64,000 bases of DNA, from assembly GCA_016748015.1 (NCBI GenBank), contig JAAOMT010000591.1:791050-855049 (forward strand), in the 5' to 3' direction. The DNA comes from Geosiphon pyriformis uo1 (Eukaryota > Fungi > Glomeromycota). The position numbers and the translations under genes were made by a program. Positions 22,357-35,516 of this stretch are shown here, in pieces (the first letter of the stretch is position 1; the number at the start of each line of letters is the position of its first letter). Under the pieces are notes generated by a model, which made no database searches, was not told the DNA's origin, and saw only the letters and a list, made by a program, of their open reading frames with translations.

Positions 22357-25300
22357 CCTCTTAGATGGTTGTTTGAATAGCTTGCACAAACAAGCAAATA
22401 AAAATTGTTGGAAGTTCAATATTAAGAATGCAAATGGCACCAAGTGGATGGAGTTTAGGGATTGTGCAGCTTCCAAGCTATTGTTGGCAAAAAGTGAATT
22501 TTCTGATGTGGAGGCATGTGGTAAAATAGATATTATGTAGACAATTCTGAAGAAGTCAGTGGTAGAATTGGCTGATGAGATATTTTTGAGACACTGGTTC
22601 AGTAAATTTCAGTGTTCAAGGAACAGACATTCTTCCAGGTTTTTTGGATTGAAAATGTTGGCTGCCAAAATTGTCAAAAAATTTAGTTCTGGTGATGCTG
22701 TTGAGGTTGATTATCTCATAAAAACTTCATTGACCTTGGATGAAGCCAAAGTCTGTGCTTTTACTGACCTGGTTCTTTCAAATGCTCATCCTGTGTCTAT
22801 TCTCAAACATTTGTCTTTGGTTCATAAAAGTTATAGGAAGTCTAAAATACATGAGTCAAAATTAGCTGAAGAAGCATTTATTAGGAAGACAATAGAGAAG
22901 CAAATGGAAAAATTTTTTTTAATAAAAGTGGCATGATTAGAAGCATTCTAGACTGACCCTTTTGCAAAATAGTACTGGATTATTTGGTGGTAGATAATGA
23001 GCTGGTCATAAAGCTGATTGAGGTTAAGTCTAATGTGGATAGAATTATGGAGGATTGGACAAGAAGACGAATGGTGCCTCTGACTTTGTCTGATTTCTGG
23101 GCCCACCAGTATGCACCTTTGGATTATGTGAAGAAGGACACTTTTTCTGGTGTAATGCATCCTATTGGTTTGAGTGAATTGCTCTTGGTCATTGATAGTT
23201 TACCTGATGGAAAGGCTGCTGGCTTATCTGGCATTCCTAATGAGTTGTGGAAGCATGGTGGTAATGCAGTAATAGGTTGCCTATTGAGGCTGTTAAATGT
23301 GTGCTTAAATGTGAGTGGTATGCCTGCCCTATGAAAGAGGGCTTGGGTTTTGATGATTCCAAAACCCTATGACTGGAATGGAGTTTTTATGAACACTTGC
23401 CTTATTGCATTGGTTGAAACTTCAAAGAAGATTTTTTCTAAGATTCTATCTGACCATATCTCATTTGCCTGTAGTAAATTTGGTGTCTTCCAGAGTAATA
23501 ACTTTTTTGTGCTGAAGGGTACTTCTACACAGTTTTCTGTGTTTGCTGTTGAGTCTGTTGTTGAGAATGCTTTTGAGAAGAACAGAGAAATTTGGTTGGT
23601 TTTACAGAATATGCAAAAGGCTTATGATTCTGTTGGTTGGTACCATCTGAAGACTAGTCTGTTGCAAATCAAGATGTGTAACAGGTTCATAAGAATTTTT
23701 GGTAGTATACATAAAGATAAGATTAATAGAGTCATGACTGATTTTGGTCTGTCTAATAGCTATAGGATGTATAATGGATTGGATCAGAGTGAGATTTTTT
23801 CACCTCTACTTTGGAGAATATTTTATAATCCCCTTTTGTATGAGATTAAGAGGCATGAATATTTGTGTGAGTACTGGATTAATACTAAGTTTGTTTCAAA
23901 GTTAGGAAGGATTAAGAATAGTGGTGTAGTGACATCTTACTTCGCAGCTGGTGCATTTGTTAATAACACGATTTGGGTCAGAAGTTGTTAGACCTCAACT
24001 CAATATGCTTTGGACATTGCCAGTAAATTTTTTGAGATTAATGACATTTCCATCAACAATGATAAGACAGTTACTATCCTCATTAATCAAGATGTTAAAG
24101 TTGCTTCCTTGAGTATTTGTGGTCAGCCAATTTCAATTGCCAAAAAGGGTAAAATGCATTATTATCTAGGAATTTTTTTGTCTATTGAAGGACTATTCAA
24201 GCCTAATATTGCCAAAGCTCATTTTGATGTTCACTTCTTTGTTAATGTTGTGCTGAGGAAAGCTATCACTAATAAGCAGTTTTCATATTTGGTGTCGGCC
24301 GTCTTGCAGCCTATTATTAGCTATTGGATTCAGTTCAGTTTTGTTTCATTAAATGTTTGTTGCAAGTGGGATGTCATAATTAGGAAGGGTCTTAAACTTA
24401 AAGCCTGTCTTCCCTATGACTTTTCTGATGTGGCTTTGCATCACTCTTTGTTGTATGGTTTAAAAACCTTTGAACAGGTTCAGTTTGAGAGTAAATTGGC
24501 TGCTGTAATCTCTTTTTCTAATGCTTTGGGCATTCTGGGGTGCTTGTTCAATCATAGATTTTTGGATTTGCAGATTATGGGCTGGGATTTTATGAATCCT
24601 TTGCAGTTTTCTGTCAGGTTACATGTTAGTCCTGTGAACAATTTTTTGGCTGGTGTGATAAAGATTTTCTTGTGCAATGAGCTGTCTTTGGTGAATAACC
24701 TGCCTAGTGCTTTCTGTAATCCTGGTGTTTTTCCTATGTCAATGGTATTGGAAGACTCCCTTTACTTTAGTTCTGTATGCTCTTTGAAGCATTTTGGTGT
24801 GGCATTTGGTGACAGGCTGCTGGATAAAAAAGGGCATGTGATGGACTGAAAAACTTTTTGGTAGTAGAAAAGGCTTGATCCGAAAGGTCTTGTCTCTTCC
24901 TGGTTCAAGCACACATCTCAGTTTCTATGTGCTAATAGCCCAGTATTATCAAATATAGCACAAACTGGCCAGCTTCAAGGTTTAAACATTTTGGATTTTC
25001 AGGAATTTTCTGTTGTACAGAGTAACTTGCACGAGATTTGGTCTAGTTCATTTGACGTTTTTATGAATGGTTTTTTAAAGAATCTTGGATCAGTAGATGT
25101 CTTTAGTAGTACAGCTGTGTATTTTTCTGCTGTGGATTTTAGCTTTGGGATAAGGGTTTGGAGTTTGCTGTTTTCTACTTTGGTCGAGCTGCAGGCCATA
25201 ACTTTGGCACTAGAGTGCCTCTCATCTTCTTGTATGGTAATGTTGCATATTGACAGTCAAGCTACCATTGATGTGTGTGTATCTGAAATGTCTATTACTG

Positions 25301-26343
25301 TGCCCGACTTTTGTGCTTCATGTTGGGTGAAAAGATGTCATATTTTCAATTTGATTTATGAGAAAGATCTTAATGTAAGCTGGGTAAAGGTTAAGGGCTA
25401 TTCTGGGATTTGTGGCAATGAGAAGGCTGATGCTGCAGCTGGTATTGCTATGTGCTCTTAGTTTTCCTTGCCAGTGGGAGTTCATAAATGTTTCTTGGTA
25501 GTTGAGAACACAGTTGTGTCTGACAATGTCCAGCTCTTTGTTCAAAATTTGTACAGATCTGTTTGTTGTGCTCGTTGGAAAGCTGGGACTGGTCATGATA
25601 CTGCTCTGAGTGTTTTGATTGGGTGTATTGACTGAGATGCCACTTCAAAAGTATGGCATCCTGACTTGTATATACTTGTTGGGTATATCAGTCGAAAGTC
25701 TTCTATTTTATGTTTGTATTTAATGAAAGCTGTGCACCGATGGCTTCCGGTGGCAGTTAAAAAGAGATTGTATAATAAGAGTTATTCTGGTGTGCAGTAT
25801 TTGCTTTGTGGTAAAGTGGAGCTGCCTGATCATGCTTTTTCATGTGCATTAAATGTTGGTGTCCAGGAAAAAATTCTGGTTGAGGCCTTTGCTTTATGGA
25901 TCTCTTTGGTGGAGGCTAGTTTTTTGTCTTTTTCTGCTGTTTTGCAGTTCCTTAGTCTTTGCTCTTCAGATATTGGTCTATACTTAGTTGTATATAAAGA
26001 GTTTGTTATGAAGAACTGGTGTGTGGAAGCTGTTGGAGTTTTTAAAGATAAAAAAGAGACTGTGAAGATTATCATCGATTATATAAGATGTTTCATTGAA
26101 TTACATTGTTTTAGAATCTGGCTGGTAAGGTCTAAGCATAAAGTAGATATGGAGAGGACTGGTTTGGTCAGTGATGGTAGATTGGTGTTAGGTCTCACAC
26201 GGTGTGCAGTGCAGATGTTGTCAAATGGTGTGGTTAGGATAATTGGTGTTGCTAACTCTCTTATAGTTAGTTTTGGTCATCATAAGCCTTGCCTTTTCTT
26301 TTCTGAGTTGGATTATAATCCATGTGTTGTTATAGGTGTATAG
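22357..26343 (+). pseudogene. LINE-2 ORF2 3' part (RT, RNase H, Zn finger)
   Basis: KAAGLSGI, LQNMQKAYDSV, FVNN (decayed FVDD), WVKVKGYSGICGNEKAD. Confidence 0.88.
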
Positions 26344-29300
26344 TGGTGTTTTGTCTGGCCTAAGTGGCTAGCCACATGTAGCAAGTACATGAACCACATT
26401 TAGTTTGAGCCTCTTAATTTGGCTCTATGTACTAGATAGTGGTTGAACTTTACTTATTAAATGCATTTAATAAAAAAAATAATTAAAAAACTTAAAAATA
26501 AATTTATTAAAACTTACTGTTTTATTTAACTATAACTACCAAAAAATAATAACAAAAACTTTTTTTTTATTAACAAAAAAATTGAGATATATACTAAAAT
26601 TTAATATTTACAAATACAAAAAAATCAAAACACAAAAACAAATTCTAAAAAATCAGAATTTGACATAAAAAGCAATACTTAACAACAGTTTATACAAAAA
26701 ACTCTTAATTTACTGCTAACAAAAAGTTAAAATTCTTTTTATTAATAATATTTTCATATTATTAGACTTTAAAAAATAGAATTTTATTAAATTAACTTAC
26801 TAATTTACAACTAAAGACTTTATAAACTCCTAAAAATTTTTATTTCTAAGACTCTAATTAAAATTTCTGTATTAAATTATTAAAAAAATATAAAACTCTA
26901 TTTGAAAAATTTACTTTTGCAATAAATATTAATTTTGAAAAAACCATCTTATAAAAATAACAATTGTTATAACAATTAATTAAGTTAATAATTATTCTAT
27001 TAAAAAAATATTATTGTTTTAATCTATTTTAGTTACAAACAAAAAACAATAAACATTAATATTAATTAAAAAACTAAACATACTTTTAATAATTTTTTTA
27101 TTTTTTTTAACAAAACAGTTTTTTACTACTCTTATTATGACTTATCAAAATATTGTTAGATTAAAAATTTTTTCTGAAGAAAAAGAAAATACTTATACTT
27201 AGATTAAAAAACCAAAAAAACAATTACTATTAACAATTGAAATAATGCTAAAATAATCCAAGTTTTATCTTTTTTTTAACTAAAGTAGCTAATTTATAGT
27301 ATTAAAGTTTCAATAAAAAATCAACTGACTTTGTTGTCTTTAAACTTGTCTTCTTAAAATATTTTTGTTTTAATCAGATTACAAAATCAATTTAATATTG
27401 TAAAACAAAAAGATTACAAAGTTATAACTATTTATCTTGGCCAATTTAATCAAATTTTTTATTAAATTCAAATTATTAAAAAAGACTATTATATTCTTGA
27501 ATAAATTTATTAAAGAATTAAGAAATAGTATTCTCTAATTTATTAAATTCTACTATTTAAAAAGTTTATAAAATACAATAATATATGTTTATAACTTTAA
27601 ATTTGCTAAACAAAAAGCAAATTATACTCAAACTATTAACTTGATCTTAAATAAAGCCTTTAATATTAATGTAAAGCTTATTTAATTAAATAAAAAATTA
27701 ATTTAAAAAATTAAAGAATTTTTTTCCAAAAATACAGAAACTTATCAAGCTTTACAATGCCAAAAATATACAATAGTTTTTAATTAATTTTTTTATTCAA
27801 GTAATAATAATATTAAGATTAATCTTAACATGTTTCTTAAAAAAATATTGCTAAGCTATTTTAAAATACAAACTTTTTTTATAATTATTATTGTTTAAAC
27901 TTCATAATTTCGATTAATATTTTAAAATTAATTAATTATTAATTTTAATTAGGTTAAAATCTTTAAAAATTAAAATTGCAGCCAAAATTACCATTGAATT
28001 TTTTTAGATTTAAAGTAAATAATTATATATTTTGTATAAATATATGTAATTAAATAATAATAATTTAATATATACATTTTTTTATTAATTAATTTTAAAA
28101 AGTTTTACAATTATTTTTATTAATAAAGTATAAAATAAAGCTTTATATATATTTTTAATAATTTTTTAATATTAATTTTAGTTATATAAATTGTATTTTT
28201 TTTAATTAAAATAAATTACTTAAATATTAAAAAATTAATTCTAATTATCAAATTTTAATGCTTTTTGTTATAATTTTACTAATTGTATTTTAATTAACTT
28301 AATAAATCCAAACTTAAATAATACAATAAACACAGTTTTTAAAAATAATTTTATTAAAATTTTTTATTACTTTATTGTTATTATTGGCCAAATTTATAGT
28401 TTTTATTATGTTAAATTCAAAGATAAAAGTTGTATAAATTATTTTACTAAATTTTAAAAAAGTAAACATTTTCTTTAAAATTATTTATACTTGTAAATAA
28501 TTTTCTAACTGATTTTAATTTGTTTTAAAAAAACTTTTTATTAATAATAAAAAAATTTATATTTAACATAAAAATTTTTTAAATTAATATATTTATTTTA
28601 TTTTTAAAAAAAAAAGAAAAAAAAACACTAATAATATTATTATTATTAAAATTAATTTTGTTCAAAAACTTTATAGCTATTATGTAAATTTTGATTTTAG
28701 ATATTTTTAGAGTAATATTTATATTATTTAAATATTAGAAACTATTTTTTATTAAATAAGATTTTTTATATTAACACTTTTTGTTTTTATAATATTGTTA
28801 ATATTAGCATTATTTAAATTATTAATTAAAACAAATACCAAATAGTTAATAATAATAATATTAAGCTGTAAAAAAAAAACTTTTTTTTTCTTCTATATCT
28901 AAATCTTTAGCATTTTTATTAAGATTTATATTACCACTAAAATTGGCAGCAATCTTGTATTTAAATAAAAAAAGTATAAAAGTATTGATTTAAATATTAA
29001 AAACTTTTAACAAATATAAAAACTTTTTCTTTGAAAATAATTTTTTTTGGAAAATTAAATACATAAGAGATTTTTTTTATAAATATTTTATATTGAAATA
29101 AAATATTTAAAAAAATTATATTTTAAAATATTATACAAACAAAGTTGTACAAATTTATGTAAACGTTATTGTTAAAATAATTTAAATTAACATAAATAAC
29201 TAATTGTGTATAAAAAATATGTTAATTGCATTTAAACAAGTTTTAAAATTTCAAAAATATATTTTTATTAAAAATTGAAATAAAACTTAAAAGACCAAAT

Positions 29301-29564
29301 TACAATTCAAACAGAAAAATTAAGCAGAATCAAAAATTAATTGTAAAACCAACAGTAAATAACTTTGATGAATTGGAAAATTAATTATCAATTTGATTCA
29401 TTATTTTTTGCAAATGATCAGGTAAACATTATAAAACTGTGAACAAGATCATAATCATATTTAATATTAGTACAATTGTGGCTCAATTAATACACTAGTG
29501 CAAACAGATGGATCCACAATATGAACACCAAAGTTGAAGGCTATATGCAGGATGTCGTGACTAT

Positions 29565-31005
29565 TTATTCGCGTCGAAAGCTTTCGACAGTTGAATTATT
29601 AGGATTGTTGGGTATCGGTGTACTCGGAGCTCGCGAGTTCGAACCAGAAGCTGATGCTGTTGGTGAACTGATACCTGTTGCTTTTGTCTTTGTGAGCACT
29701 CTCCGTTTTGCATCAAGATCACTTTCCAATTTCTCCACGTGACGCTTCAGTTCTAGCATACTTACAATAGCTTTTTGTAATTCAGCCCATTTAGCACAAA
29801 CGGCTTCAGTGGCCATGCTTGGACGCGTATCTAATCTCACAATAGTAAATATTTTTAAGTGAAAACCAAAGATCAAATTGTTTAATAATCATTAAAAGCG
29901 ATAATGACATACTCAGATGACATTCTCCTAGATACTTTGTCACCTTATTGATGGCACTCTGCTTTACTGGGGGAATCTTTTGACTACGCACGACGACACC
30001 TGGAGGTAGCTTTTCACGTCTTACACCAGAAGAATACCCATCAGTAGGTGAATGAGCTTCCAAAGTAGAAGACCCAACAGAAGAAGAAGAAGATCTTCGA
30101 TTCTTTTTAGGGGTTGTTGTATCTCCCGGACTTCCAAAGAATGGACTAGCAACTTCTGAAGTTGGAGTGGTAAGCAAAGATTTCTTTCGTTTTGGAGAAG
30201 TAGGGACAACATTCATATCCTGATAATTTAACATCTTCAAAAGATTTTCCCTTTCTTTTGAAAATCTCCTTTCGTTCTGTTCAATTCGTTCATATTCTTG
30301 CATTAAAGCTTCTTCCTCTTTAATTTGTTCCGGTGTTCGAGTAAATAGATAACAAATGTTGTTTTTTCGTTCCAATTCTCGTGCTTTATCGTAATTGAAG
30401 ATACTACTGGATACATCGCCATCCACTTTAGAACCACCAGAGCTACTTCGCAATTGATTTATTTCATTGCATATGAGATAGTAACGCTCTTTCAAGTCTT
30501 CTAATGACCTTTCTTTGTTAGGCCATTCATATCGATCATAGATAATAAAAAAACGAAGATCATACTTTCGACATAATTGAAATAAGTAATCGGTTTCCTC
30601 TTTTGTCCAATCATTTTCAATAGATGATTGGTTAGGGAAAAGAGCTGTGTACTCTTCATCCGTGTAATCCAAAATGTTTACAGCTTTATTAAATTCGCTG
30701 AATCTATATACTAGATTTTCTTCCTCACTTGCCTTGACCCAATGACGCAACTCGAGCATATCCTCTCGCGCTGGATTTGTGAAAGACCGGTGTTCCCAAG
30801 CAACTGCTTTCTTTCTAAAATTTGGTTTTGCTTTGAAAGCTGGTTTGATGAAGGCCACGGGTGGGGGTCCACCAATAAGCTGAAACAATTCACGACTGAT
30901 CCCTTCGGGTTTTTTCTCTTTTTCATGTCTAATCTTTTTCGTTGTGCCACCTTCTAAGTTAGGATTTCCCAAACCAAAGATATCACGAACATCGTTAGCA
31001 GTCAT
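29565..31005 (-). CDS. SWC4: SWR1/NuA4 subunit Swc4/Eaf2 (DMAP1 homolog)
   Basis: DVRDI, KPEGISRELFQL, FTNPARED.LELRHW, SANT WTKEETDYLFQLCRKYDLRF. Exons 31005-29913 and 29830-29565 (GT-AG intron). Confidence 0.93.
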
Positions 31006-31217
31006 TTTGAGCCTCAAATTTTTTTAATTTGACTAGGAATTAAAACCGCGTATGCTTCGAATCTTTAATTTGAAAGTTCAGGTTTTTGTTAATAAAGGCA
31101 CATGATTATTCAACGCCACATATATAATCGCTACTCCGCCACAATCTGGTTTGTAAAAATATTTAGGCTACGTCGTTAAGCTTCAAATTCTTGAACTCCT
31201 CGTCTTTTTTTTAAAAA

Positions 31218-32297
31218 ATGGCCCGAAGATATGATTCCCGAACTACCATTTTTTCACCAGAAGGTACATCTAATTGTTTTTACATATTTTGAGGTTTTTG
31301 GGGTCAAAGCTTTATATGTTTCAAAATAGGTCGTCTATACCAAGTCGAGTATGCAATGGAAGCAATTTCACATGCTGGGACGGCCTTGGGCATTCTAGCG
31401 ACTGACGGTATTGTAATTGCTGCTGAGAAAAAAGTCACGTCAAAACTTTTGGAGCAAACAGCTAGTAGTGAAAAAGTTTATTTACTAAATGAGTCGGTTT
31501 GAAAGCCGTTAGCTTAAATTACTCGAATGATACTTTGCACATAATTTTCATGCTAATCTTGACGGATTTTTCTTTGACATTACGAGGTTATCAGTAATGT
31601 GATATGTGGTGTAGCCGGGATGACCGCTGATGCAAATATATTGATCAATTATGCGCGTCAAGCTGCTCAACAATATTTATTCACCTTTAATGAAGAAATA
31701 CCAGTTGAACAACTTGTACAAAAGTTATGTGATTTGAAACAAGGGTATACTCAGTATGGCGGTGAGCTTTTAAATCCTGTTTTCGTTTGAAAAATTTTCA
31801 ATTGAAAAATGATTTATTTAACTCATTTTCAAACCATCCAAACTAGGACTTCGTCCTTTCGGTGTATCATTCATTTATGCTGGGCATGATGCACATTTTG
31901 GATTCCAACTTTATCATTCCGATCCTTCTGGCAATTATGGTGGATGGAAAGCGACTTGTATTGGTGCAAATAATGCCTCGGCTAAATCACTGCTGAAGCA
32001 AGACTATAAAGATGAAATCACTCTCAAAGAAGCTAAAGAATTGGCCGTCAAAGTATTGAGTAAGACAATGGATTCGACCACACTCAGCAGTGAAAAACGT
32101 AAGATTTATTAAGCTTAAAATCTTGTCTAGTCTGAAATGGTAAATTTAAATACTTTTTCCAAAATATAGTGGAATTCGCTACACTTAATCTTAACGATGA
32201 GGGTAAGGTTTTATATCATTTATATAAGCCTGAAGAAATAGATACACTATTGAAAGAGCACAATCTTGGTGGTACCAACGAAAGTGAAGAAAAGTAA
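31218..32297 (+). CDS. PRE9: 20S proteasome subunit alpha-3
   Basis: Spliced [32 protein letters not shown]...[13 protein letters not shown]...[15 protein letters not shown]; 5 exons. Confidence 0.96.
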
Positions 32298-33085
32298 ATA
32301 CATATGTGTAATCTTTAGTTGGACTGTTGGTTTTCAACTTGACGTCGTAACTTTTACGACACATAAATATTTTTAATTCGATTTAAATCGGGATAAGGTT
32401 TCAATCTAAAATGAAAAGTGAGATTTATTGTTTCCTTTCAAAATTAGTTAAATAAAAACATTTTTAAATATTATTAAGCAAAAGAATTTGGTTTTTATAT
32501 AATAATTGTTTTAATATAATTAAAATTAAAACACCACATAATTATTATCTTAACTTTATTTTTAATAAGTAAATTTAATAGTAATTAAAATTTGAAAATT
32601 AATTATTTAAATCTTAAATATAATAAAATTATATATTAATAACAATTTGTTCAAGTCTTTATTATTCAAATCGATATAAATTATTTTAGGTTGGTACATT
32701 ACATTTGAAATGATAAACACAAAATCCCAAGGAAAACTCGAAAGTTAAGAGGTGGTAAATCACCATCTTGGGATAAACTTATATAAAAATCATAGTGAAC
32801 ACAACCATGCCTTCAATCTGCAACCCAGGTCATTAACAAGAGTGCGATTAATCGCTATTTCATTCAAACCCTGTCATAAGAAAATGTGTGGCATCTTTCG
32901 AGCCAGTTTGGGTAACTTTCTTATCCTTAAGATTGTTGTATATTATTCTGATAAGTGGGCATAGCTCTATTTCCTTTGTTGCAAAAGAGCAAGGAAATAT
33001 ATACTATGAAAGATCCATTTACAAGCATAGTAGGTTCAGTTTTGACTTTTCGAGCAAGGACCATATAGAAATTTATACTTTAGTT

Positions 33086-34714
33086 CTATTTATTAAAGTG
33101 AAGTTTCTTGAAATAGGATTTGGAATCTTCGGGGTTGGGTTTAATAGCGGGTTCACCCTTCTGCCAATTGGCTATAAAAATTAAAACATAAAAGTCATAA
33201 AAACCATTTCAATGTTAAAGTAAGGACATCATTAAGAGATAACAAACCTGGACAAACTTCTCCGTTCAGTTTGTAGTACTGAATGGCTTCAATCAAGCGC
33301 AAGGTTTCATTAACCGACCGGCCTAGATTTTCAATATTAAAACAGATGATACTTTAATAATAGATTAACGAAATATTGTAATATTTCAAGTAGAAAACTT
33401 GCCTATTTCAGTATCATTAAGCTGAATGACACGAATTAGTCCCTAATAAAATTTAAAATACCATGTTTAAATTCTTGTAGAAAATAACGGCTTAAATTCT
33501 CAAGAAAATAAATCAATTCCAACCTCATCATCAATGATGAATAGCCCTCTAAAGAAAATGCAAATTATTAGATAATGTTTATTATGTGAAGAAAAAATAA
33601 AAGAATTGAATCCATCTTACCTAAAAGGGAAGCCTTGCTCTTCGTACAAGACTCCATATGCTATTGAAATTTCTTTGCTGAAATCGGAGACTGTTTATAA
33701 TACAAAAAAAAAATTTAATCGAAAACCATGTGTGAGGATCTTAAATAAATATGCGTCATTTGAATACTTACTTAATGGAAATCTATCATATAATTAATTG
33801 GGTTTTTTAAATATTAATTAAGTGATATATGAAGATAAATCGGAATTTTCAAAGATCTGAAGCTAATCAAGATACCGGAGATTCCCAAGACCTCCTTGAA
33901 TTCGCGGCATTTCACTGAATTCAGAGAATAAAATTAACTTGATCAATCCAAGCAAATAAATATTGAATTCTAACTAGAATCTATGGATACAAACCTCCAA
34001 ACGAGATGTGAGTACTTTGAATCACAAGATACTCCAACAACTTCGGCATTAAGTGCGTGAAATTCTTCTATACGATCTCTGAAGTTATATAATTAGATTT
34101 GTGAATTTGATGGATTAAATAAAAACAAATATGGATAAATTGCTAAAATAAACTTACGAGAAGGAAATCAACTCGGTTGGACACACTGAGTTGAAACGAA
34201 GCGTTAAATCAAAAAATAAATCAATAAAAATATTCAACTAAACAAGGAAGAGCTTTAATCAAACCTTCTTACTAACAAATGAAAGTTGCTTACCAAAGGT
34301 GAAATCCAAAGGATAAAATACCATGACCAAATACTTTTTGTTTTTAACATAATCCTCAAGTGAAACGCGTTGAAACTTTCCATCGCATACCGCCTCTGCT
34401 TCCCAGGAAGGGGCGTCTCCCTTTTACAGGCAACGGAGATCACGATACATAGCATAAACACAGGACTAAACAAATCACAGATAACCACAGGAATATTTGA
34501 ACAATTGAGAGAATAAAAGGTTGGGATAGTTTACGTGAACAAAAGCGCGCGGTATGTTGATTCTTCGGACTTTGGTGAGAGAACGCTGCTGAGTTATGCC
34601 TAGTGCGGGGATTATCGTCTTATTGCTCAGAACCTGGGAGGGAAAAGAACTCTGAGACGCCAAACGAGGAGAGATTTGGGTGAAACGCGTCCCTAACCTT
34701 CTAAGCGAAAACAT
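33086..34714 (-). CDS. Mitochondrial typical 2-Cys peroxiredoxin (AhpC/Prx1 family)
   Basis: Arg/Ser-rich presequence; spliced [45 protein letters not shown]; many short exons. Confidence 0.93.
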
Positions 34715-34887
34715 TTTGAAAAAGAAAATTACTGTCAGAAGATTTTAAATGTGAGCCTGAGCTTAGATATTTATTAGATAATCTAATTTATCACGTGGTC
34801 ATACTTCTGTCTGTTTCATAAGGCTAAGTTGTAATTATAATTCTTTTACCTCTACAAAAGAAAATTCACCACAGTTCAATCCACTTA

Positions 34888-35290
34888 ATGTCTTTACGTA
34901 ATGAAGTTCTTGATTTATATAAAAGAGTATGAATATCCAATCGCGAAACTTCTTTTCTCCTTAATGGTCATCTCAAAAACTTCATTCCCATTGAATAGCT
35001 TCTTTTCCTGGGCAGAGAATACCCACTCGGTTACCCATATTTTAGAAGTAAGTTAAAGTCAGCTTTCTTAAAGAAACGAGACTTGGTCGAGAAGGAAGAA
35101 ATCAAAAAAAGTATTGCTGATGGAGAGTATGTTATTAAAGGTAATATGGAATTACTCTCTTTTGAAAAATAAAGTTCAAATATGATGCATTTTTCTGCTT
35201 AGGGCATATTTTTACCATCTTTATTGTACAGAAATAGAAACGTTGTATTTTCTGAAAAAATATCGTACAATGAGGCGCAATTATTATTGA
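34888..35290 (+). CDS. ETFRF1: LYR-motif protein ETFRF1/LYRM5 (ETF regulatory factor)
   Basis: Exons 34888-34926, 34999-35140 and 35232-35290 give [79 protein letters not shown], matching LYRM5 as I recall it (LLYLGRDYP..EALYFLRKYRAMK.RYY). Confidence 0.9.
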
Positions 35291-35516
35291 AGAAAATTCC
35301 CACAGGTATATTGTAAGGAAATCGCTCTCCCCAGATTTAGATTAAATTGAAAAACTCCCATTTACGAGATAAGAACCAACATTACGCGTTTAAATTACCT
35401 ACTATCATGAAATGGTAAACTATTGTTGTGAATTTTGAATGAATATCATATTATCTATTACCTGAGAGTAAATTTTTAACTTTTGCGTGGAAAGAACGTT
35501 ACGTGTCGACTGTTTT

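Larger units (their letters stand above)
9711..26479 (+). mobile_element. LINE-2 (window label): decayed LINE related to LINE-1, split by Gypsy-A
   Basis: 5'UTR similar to LINE-1 (TGACCA..AAGAGC). ORF1 spans about 9851-11817; ORF2 spans 11814-12506 and 22357-26343; the 3'UTR ends in an A-tract near 26472. Removing the LTR element and one GTGG copy restores VSVGLG-GLLDG in frame. Confidence 0.9.

Noticed and set aside
1202-26343. Stop-codon readthrough or alternative genetic code explaining in-frame stops in TE ORFs
   Set aside because: The stops are of all three types, fall at different positions in paralogous copies and trace to C>T/G>A changes; host genes use the standard code.
9700-26495. 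TSD for LINE-2
   Set aside because: Only A-rich look-alikes (TAAAAAAACT vs TAAAAAACT) that cannot be told apart from the element ends.
32752-33184. Plus-strand ORFs 32752-32964 and 32888-33184
   Set aside because: They are antisense to the peroxiredoxin last exon and 3' region and have no protein-like features.
33086-34714. Selenocysteine peroxiredoxin
   Set aside because: Both catalytic positions are ordinary Cys codons and there is no in-frame TGA.
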